Assembly (NCBI GenBank): GCA_964574985.1
Contig: CAZNPH010000001.1
Coordinates: 166,357 to 230,356, forward strand
Direction: 5' to 3'
From: an uncultured Bacteroidaceae bacterium
GTDB taxonomy: Bacteria; Bacteroidota; Bacteroidia; Bacteroidales; SM23-62
Length of the DNA: 64,000 nt
Position numbers and translations under genes: made by a program. Under the pieces are notes generated by a model. The model worked only from the letters and a program-made list of their open reading frames with translations. It was not told the origin of the DNA and did no database searches. Positions 58,339-64,000 of this stretch are shown here, in pieces (within the stretch, counting starts at the first letter, position 1; every line of letters begins with the position of its first letter).

Positions 58339-59664
58339 ATGAAGATACTCAGGCATAAATATTTCAGGTTTGCATACATTTCTTTGATCTATATCCTTTT
58401 TGTCTTGTGGTTGGAGTGCTATTGGTTGCTGGCCGGACTCCCCATCATTGCGGATATTTTTCTTACCGGATTTATCAACTGGGAACAGCTGAAAATAAGC
58501 AAAAGAGGGAAGAATCATCCCGGACTGGAATGGTTGAAAGCCATCCTGTTTGCACTGATTACCGTTCTGTTGATCCGGGGGCTTCTGCTGGAGGCATATA
58601 CCATACCCACTCCTTCCATGGAAAAAACCCTGATGGTGGGAGATTACATTTTTTTGAGCAAAATCAGTTACGGACCCAGGATGCCCATGACCCCCCTTTC
58701 AGTTCCTTTTGTCCACAACCGGCTGTCTTTTGCCAACAACATCCGGTCCTTCCTGACAAATCCGCAACTCTCCTACAAGCGGCTGGCGGGATTGTCGGAG
58801 ATCGAACCCAACGATGTGGTCATATTCAATTTTCCGGAGGGTGATACCGTCGTACTCCAGTTTCCCAATCAAAGCTATTACGTCCTGATCAGAAAATACG
58901 GAAGAAAAAGCATTCATGATCAATATGATATAATCTACCGGCCCGTAGATAAAAGGGATCATTTTGTCAAGCGTTGTGTGGGCCTTCCTGGAAACCGGTT
59001 TGAAATACGGCACGGAAATGTATATGTAAATGGAAAAAGGACCGAAGATCCTCCCTTGCTGCAGTTCAGTCATTATGTCAAAACCCGGGGCAGACAGATC
59101 GATCCGGAAATATTGGGGGAATTGCATATTGACAACGCACACCGGTATTTCGATCCGGAGAAATCCAGTTATATCATGCCCCTCACCATGAAGACCGCTG
59201 GGATTCTCAGAACACTGCCGGAGGTACAGACGGTTACCAAACTCGAGAACACCAACAGAAAAGTCTCCTACCGGTCGGTATTCCCTTACAGCCCATATTA
59301 CAAATGGACCGAGGACAATTATGGTCCCCTGGAGATCCCGGCCCGGGGAAAAACAGTACGACTGACCCTGGAAAATCTCCCCTTGTACAAACGGATCATT
59401 GCCGTATATGAGCATAATGAACTATCGGTAAACGATGGAGTCATACACATCAATGGCATTCCTTCCAACAGGTACACTTTCAAGATGAATTATTTTTTCA
59501 TGCTTGGCGACAACCGGCACAATTCAGCCGATTCAAGATTCTGGGGATTTGTGCCTGAAGACCATATTGAAGGAAAGGCCGTATTCGTATGGCTGTCCCT
59601 GAAGACGGGGGCCAAACTCCCCAATAGATTCCGCTGGAAAAAAATGTTTAAAATTATTGAGTAA
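58339..59664 (+). CDS. lepB: Signal peptidase I
   Basis: 441 aa. Catalytic Ser context IPTPSMEKTLMVGD, KRCVGLPG and GDNRHNSADSRFWGFVP. Confidence 0.88.
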   Translation: MKILRHKYFRFAYISLIYILFVLWLECYWLLAGLPIIADIFLTGFINWEQLKISKRGKNHPGLEWLKAILFALITVLLIRGLLLEAYTIPTPSMEKTLMVGDYIFLSKISYGPRMPMTPLSVPFVHNRLSFANNIRSFLTNPQLSYKRLAGLSEIEPNDVVIFNFPEGDTVVLQFPNQSYYVLIRKYGRKSIHDQYDIIYRPVDKRDHFVKRCVGLPGNRFEIRHGNVYVNGKRTEDPPLLQFSHYVKTRGRQIDPEILGELHIDNAHRYFDPEKSSYIMPLTMKTAGILRTLPEVQTVTKLENTNRKVSYRSVFPYSPYYKWTEDNYGPLEIPARGKTVRLTLENLPLYKRIIAVYEHNELSVNDGVIHINGIPSNRYTFKMNYFFMLGDNRHNSADSRFWGFVPEDHIEGKAVFVWLSLKTGAKLPNRFRWKKMFKIIE

Positions 59665-59688
59665 CTTTAAAAAAATCATTTCAATCAG

Positions 59689-61089
59689 ATGAATTGGCTC
59701 AACGTATTCAGAAATAAATATTTCAAATTTTCGGCCGCCGCAATCCTTTATATCTTCTGGGTTATCTGGCTGGACAATTACTGGTTTCTGGCCGGACTCG
59801 CCGTGATCTTTGACATATACGTGACCCGGAAGGTGAACTGGTCTTTCTGGAAAAAGAGGGGTCAGAAAAACAGTGCTTTTATTGAATGGCTGGATGCATT
59901 GATATTTGCGGTTATTGCCGTGACCCTCATCAATATTTTCATTTTCCAGAACTACCGCATCCCCAGTCCGTCCATGGAAAAAACCCTCCTTGTAGGAGAT
60001 CATCTGGCGGTAAGTAAGGTAGCCTATGGGCCCAGACTCCCCATAACGCCCCTTACCATACCATTTACCCAGAACACGCTTCCATTGCTGGGAAGAACAT
60101 ATCTTGACTGGGTCCAGTGGCCCTACAAGCGGCTGGCCGGATTCGACCGGGTAAAGAATGACGATATTGTGGTATTTAACTTCCCTGCGGGAGATACGGT
60201 TATCCTGCAGAACACAGCAGCCAGCTACTATTCGATCCTCAGGGATCATGCATTTGAATTCAGGAACCGGGATATGATGGAAAAAAAACGCATCAGGAGC
60301 TGGAATGAATATCTGGATATTGCGCGGGACTATGCCTGGCATACATACGATATTGTCACCCGCCCGGTGGACCGCAGGGACAATTATATCAAAAGGTGTA
60401 TCGGGATCCCCGGAGATTCCATTGAGGTCGTGCACGGACAGGTATTTGTCAACGGCCGGAAACAAAAAGAGATCCCCGGACTGCAGCATCACTACGAGGT
60501 GATCACCAGCGGAACCCCGATCAATCCCAGGGCCCTTGAAAGGCTCGGCATATCACGTGACGAATGGAGGATGGGACAAAACTACACATATTCACTGCCC
60601 CTGACCGATGAAAATCGCAGGAAGATCGAAAAATTCTCCAATGTGGTGGCCATCAAAAAAAACGAAACACCGGACAATGTCTACAATTTTCAGATTTTTC
60701 CGCACGATCCCCGTTTTCCCTGGACACTGGATAACTTTGGACCGCTCTGGGTACCGGCAAAAGGGGTGACTATCGGACTGAACGTTGAAAACCTCCCTCT
60801 ATATGAAAGGATCATCGATGTCTGTGAAAACAATGATCTCACATTGGAAAATGACCGGATAAAAATCAACGGGGAATACGTCACCAGCTATACCTTCAAA
60901 ATGAACTATTATTTCATGATGGGGGACAACCGTCATTCATCGGCCGATTCAAGATACTGGGGATTTGTTCCCGAAGATCATATCGTCGGGGAACCCCTGC
61001 TGATATGGCTTTCTATTGACAAAAACAAAAGATTTCCGGAAAAGGTCCGCTGGAAAAGGATCTTACGGTCTGCCTATCATGAAAATTAA
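59689..61089 (+). CDS. lepB: Signal peptidase I (tandem paralog)
   Basis: 466 aa. IPSPSMEKTLLVGD, KRCIGIPG and GDNRHSSADSRYWGFVP. Confidence 0.88.
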   Translation: MNWLNVFRNKYFKFSAAAILYIFWVIWLDNYWFLAGLAVIFDIYVTRKVNWSFWKKRGQKNSAFIEWLDALIFAVIAVTLINIFIFQNYRIPSPSMEKTLLVGDHLAVSKVAYGPRLPITPLTIPFTQNTLPLLGRTYLDWVQWPYKRLAGFDRVKNDDIVVFNFPAGDTVILQNTAASYYSILRDHAFEFRNRDMMEKKRIRSWNEYLDIARDYAWHTYDIVTRPVDRRDNYIKRCIGIPGDSIEVVHGQVFVNGRKQKEIPGLQHHYEVITSGTPINPRALERLGISRDEWRMGQNYTYSLPLTDENRRKIEKFSNVVAIKKNETPDNVYNFQIFPHDPRFPWTLDNFGPLWVPAKGVTIGLNVENLPLYERIIDVCENNDLTLENDRIKINGEYVTSYTFKMNYYFMMGDNRHSSADSRYWGFVPEDHIVGEPLLIWLSIDKNKRFPEKVRWKRILRSAYHEN

Positions 61090-62657
61090 AAAGGGAAATC
61101 TTCCTCTACATCGGGCTGTTCAAGTTCTTGGTCCTCTGGCCTTTCAGCAATCTGGTGCACGGGGTTTCCATCCACATAGATGGCCTTGAATGGTATGGTG
61201 GGGCATGCATACTCACAGGCCCCGCAACCCACACAAATATCGGGATCCACTTCGGGAATGGTCAACGTACCTTTATACGGGATCATTCTGACCGCTTGTG
61301 TGGGACAATGTTCCGAACAAGATCCACATGCCGTGTTCTCGGTATACACCACACAGTTTTCCTTCACAAAATGTACTTGTCCAATCTGGGTGATTTTCTT
61401 GTCTTCCACCGACAGACTCATAATGGCACCGGTGGGGCATACCTCACTGCATGCGGTACATTCGAAATTGCAGTAGTTGGTGGAATAGTCCATGTGGGGC
61501 TGCATGAATCCGGCCAGTCCGAATTCAGTTACCGAGGGCCTCAAAACATTGGTCGGACAAATACTTACGCATAAATGACATGCCGTGCAGGTACCGGTAT
61601 AATGCTCAATACCCAGAGATCCCGGCGGGGAAACCGGAAATTCCTTGTGGATCTCAACAGTTGTGGGTTTTTCGTTCAGGGATTCCGTTCCTTTCGTACC
61701 GGCAATGCAGGAGGCCGTTCCGATCCCCATCAAACCGGCGAATCCGGCCAGAAAACCCCGCTTTTCCATATCCGGACCATCTCCCTGTTCTTTTCCGGAC
61801 GGGAAAGCAGGAGCATATCCGATGCTGTTGAAAGGACAAACGGTAATGCAATTATAACAGGAGACACATCTGGAAAAATCAACTTCCTTCCGTTTGAAAT
61901 TGATGCATTCCGCCTTGCACACAAAAGCACATTTGCCGCATGCCGTACAACTTTGCTCATCAATCCGGATCCTGAAAGGGGCAATCCTGGAAATGAGTCC
62001 GAGCAAAGCACCCACCGGGCAAACGGTATTGCAGAACAGGCGCCCGCGGACCGAAGCCATCCAGATCAGCATTCCAAGGAACAAAAAGGGAAATACAAGA
62101 CTTGCCAGCGGAACAGGATCCAGATTGTGGGGGTACAACCAGAAAACATTGACAGACTCCATCGCCGAGGCGGCCAGGTTATTTACCGAAACGACCAGGG
62201 GCCTGAACAGATCGGAAAAAATGCGTCCGAAATTGCTATAGGGATCCAGAAAGCCGATGACCGTGACAGTACCGCTCAGAAAGACCAGAACGGACAGAGC
62301 CAGAAATCCGTATCGCCATGCATTGGCAGGTTTTGAAAACCTGAAACGGAACTTTTTCCTGGCCCATATGGAAATCCTTGTGATCACATCCTGAAAAATC
62401 CCCAGGGGACAGATGGCGGAACAGTACACCCGTCCGAACAAAGCCGTCAGGAGCATGATGACCATAAAGCCAACGGATGCCAGTGAAAGCAACGAGATAA
62501 ATTTTAACAGGGAAGGAACAAACTGAAGATATAGTATGCCCCCCGAATAATCTTCGGCCAGGAGATTCCTGAAATCCAGAAAGACCAGGGAAGAAGCCAG
62601 TATAAAAAGAACCGCGATGAATACCCTGATCTTTTTCAGAAAGGCCTGTTTCCTCAT
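61086..62657 (-). CDS. Membrane-bound polyferredoxin (NapH/MauN-like TM domain plus multiple 4Fe-4S domains)
   Basis: 523 aa. N-terminal TM helices with CxxxCP motifs (CSAICPLG, CNTVCPVG). Several CxxCxxCxxxCP ferredoxin motifs follow. Confidence 0.8.
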   Translation of the reverse strand: MRKQAFLKKIRVFIAVLFILASSLVFLDFRNLLAEDYSGGILYLQFVPSLLKFISLLSLASVGFMVIMLLTALFGRVYCSAICPLGIFQDVITRISIWARKKFRFRFSKPANAWRYGFLALSVLVFLSGTVTVIGFLDPYSNFGRIFSDLFRPLVVSVNNLAASAMESVNVFWLYPHNLDPVPLASLVFPFLFLGMLIWMASVRGRLFCNTVCPVGALLGLISRIAPFRIRIDEQSCTACGKCAFVCKAECINFKRKEVDFSRCVSCYNCITVCPFNSIGYAPAFPSGKEQGDGPDMEKRGFLAGFAGLMGIGTASCIAGTKGTESLNEKPTTVEIHKEFPVSPPGSLGIEHYTGTCTACHLCVSICPTNVLRPSVTEFGLAGFMQPHMDYSTNYCNFECTACSEVCPTGAIMSLSVEDKKITQIGQVHFVKENCVVYTENTACGSCSEHCPTQAVRMIPYKGTLTIPEVDPDICVGCGACEYACPTIPFKAIYVDGNPVHQIAERPEDQELEQPDVEEDFPF

Positions 62658-62659
62658 GC

Positions 62660-63580
62660 TTATACTTTGATTCGCTTGATGTTCAGTTTGGTGAGATCGG
62701 ATTCTCCCACACCCATTTCACTGGCCATCCGGATATGCCCGACATCCATGGGGTCTATGCCCCATATCTTCGAAGCTGCCACATCCGAAGCCACCATATC
62801 CTCACTGATGATCTGTGATTTCATGAGCACCGAATCGGAAACGGAAACTCCCCGGGGTCCGTTCCGTTTCATAACCCGGTATGCATCCACCACATTCAGG
62901 TCCGGCTGCCTGAAAGAAGCAAATTCGGCGATGCACTCGTGAAGGCCGTTGGAATGCCAGAAACGCCTGTCCCATACAATGCCCATGAGGTTCTTCATGG
63001 TGATGGTCATGGTGGCACCCCCATGGTTCTTGAGCACGGGAACATTGATGAATACATCCGAATCCAGCACAAGCTCGTGCATCATGACCTTTTTGAGTAT
63101 TTTGGCATTTTCCAACTCAACTTCATGAAAATAGTTTTTGCTGTTCCCGGGCACGATCTTGCCACCCGCATCCTTGACCGCTTTCTCAATGCCGCTGTTC
63201 TTGTAACATTTGGTCCAGGCATTGCATGTGTGATCGAAGACATATACCTCTTTGGCTCCTGCTGTCAGACAATGTTCAACAATCCGGCCCACCAGTCGCG
63301 GATTGGTATCTGCTGCTTTTTCCGGACTCGAATCCCATCCTATGTTGGGTTTGACCACCACCTTCTGGTTCGGTTTCACATATTTTTTGATTCCCCCCAT
63401 TGCCTGGATGGCCTGATCGAACATGGTATGCGGTTCCCCCCCCTTGATGGCAACCAGATCGAAATTGCCGTCCTGACCGGCCGGTTTTCCTGCGATCCTG
63501 TGATAAGGCACCATGGAAAGTGCGGAACCGGCCAGCACTCCTGCTCCTATTCCTTTTCTTAAAAAATCCCTTCTTTTCAT
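62660..63580 (-). CDS. DUF362 domain protein with a twin-arginine signal
   Basis: 306 aa. The MKRRDFLRKGIGAGVLAGSAL Tat signal is followed by a body I recognise as DUF362-like. Confidence 0.75.
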   Translation of the reverse strand: MKRRDFLRKGIGAGVLAGSALSMVPYHRIAGKPAGQDGNFDLVAIKGGEPHTMFDQAIQAMGGIKKYVKPNQKVVVKPNIGWDSSPEKAADTNPRLVGRIVEHCLTAGAKEVYVFDHTCNAWTKCYKNSGIEKAVKDAGGKIVPGNSKNYFHEVELENAKILKKVMMHELVLDSDVFINVPVLKNHGGATMTITMKNLMGIVWDRRFWHSNGLHECIAEFASFRQPDLNVVDAYRVMKRNGPRGVSVSDSVLMKSQIISEDMVASDVAASKIWGIDPMDVGHIRMASEMGVGESDLTKLNIKRIKV

Positions 63581-63750
63581 AATCCTTTTTTTTCAAATTT
63601 TTTACAACAACCAATAAACGTTTTGCAACATCAAATGTTTATTAGCTAACAAAGTTCGTGGTTATCTCATCAAATTCAATTCCAAAAGAAAAAAAAATCG
63701 TTTAATTTTAACAATTCTAAATAATGTTGCCTTTTAAAAAACAAGAATTC

Positions 63751-63956
63751 ATGAAACCCCTATCACCGATCTGTCAACTTGCCGCCTTTCCAAGACAAAA
63801 AACAATGAAAATAATAGCCAGCAAAGGATTTGCAGATGGGGGATCGCCGGCCCGGCAGGTGGACAGCATGCGGGTGGCCGGCAGCAAAAAATCATAATCT
63901 CTGAACCGATAATGTAACAGTTTTATAATTTGATGTTTAACTAAAATATATTACTC
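63751..63956 (+). repeat. Intergenic repeat family, copy F (full length)
   Basis: 5' box ATGAAACCCCTATCACCGATC, GCCGCC..AGACAAAAA, core GGGGGATCGCCGGCC...GGGTGGCCGGCAGCAAAAA (63838-), and a tail ending AAAATATATTACTC. GGCAGC (63880) lies 77 nt before GTG 63957. Confidence 0.85.
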
Positions 63957-64000
63957 GTGAAGATCCTTTATTACGAATGTTTTTCCGGAATCAGCGGCGA
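63957..64000 (+). CDS. larC: LarC-like (DUF111) nickel-insertion protein, N-terminal fragment
   Basis: GTG start, then KILYYECFSGISG, which matches the conserved DUF111/LarC N-terminus (..ILY.DCFSGISGDM). Only 14 codons lie in the window. Confidence 0.45.
   Translation, partial: MKILYYECFSGISG

Noticed and set aside
59533-60492. Many long antisense ORFs of 170-320 aa inside well-supported genes, for example 59533..60492(-), 53400..54191(-), 32627..33451(+), 61575..62336(+), 5960..6682(+), 35253..35966(+) and 55381..56037(-).
   Set aside because: Each lies fully inside a gene with strong family signatures on the other strand, and their translations are compositionally odd (rich in R, G, P, H). 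They are treated as shadow ORFs, not overlapping genes.

Overview
The window looks like a Bacteroidota-type chromosome. This is inferred from the synteny blocks ribH-TPR-recF-DUF721, yidC-pyrG and thrS-infC-rpmI-rplT, tandem ~450-aa signal peptidases, tandem lipoprotein FKBPs, and TAnnTTTG -7 boxes. It holds about 55 credible protein genes, two tandem tRNA-Leu genes, and no rRNA, CRISPR array, transposase or integrase. Gene content in order:
- amtB-glnK, a Tat-signal aldo/keto reductase, two Cys-type sulfatases, a REC+Fis-HTH response regulator and asnA.
- A porin-like gene plus a ZnuA/TroA-type binding protein and two permeases, with no ATPase gene.
- ribH, recF, ndk, an NrnA-like DHH protein, three FKBP genes, yidC, pyrG, a DUF349 protein, trmD and a K+ channel.
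- An addB-like / TIGR01212 radical-SAM / addA-like overlapped operon.
- mnmA, an Fe-S-type cysH, and a murU-like gene next to an amgK-like kinase fused to a RapZ C-terminal domain.
- A complete dissimilatory aprBA-qmoABC module, then a SiaC-like gene, a PKD lipoprotein, DPP-IV, dapB, two lepB genes, a membrane polyferredoxin with a Tat-DUF362 protein, and the start of a larC-like gene.

Two things stand out.
1. A dispersed ~100-210 bp intergenic repeat family occurs in six copies that I do not recognise as a named family. Every copy points at, and ends exactly at, the start codon of a functionally unrelated gene. In five copies the spacing from the conserved GC-rich core to the start codon is a constant 75-77 nt.
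2. The aprBA-qmoABC dissimilatory APS-reductase module sits among ordinary Bacteroidota-type housekeeping genes, without sat or dsr genes in view.

Smaller observations are an AUA-initiated infC behind a strong AGGAGG, the kinase-RapZ-CTD fusion, and the ATPase-less metal uptake cluster. All calls rest on reading the sequence and ORF translations; no database search was possible.
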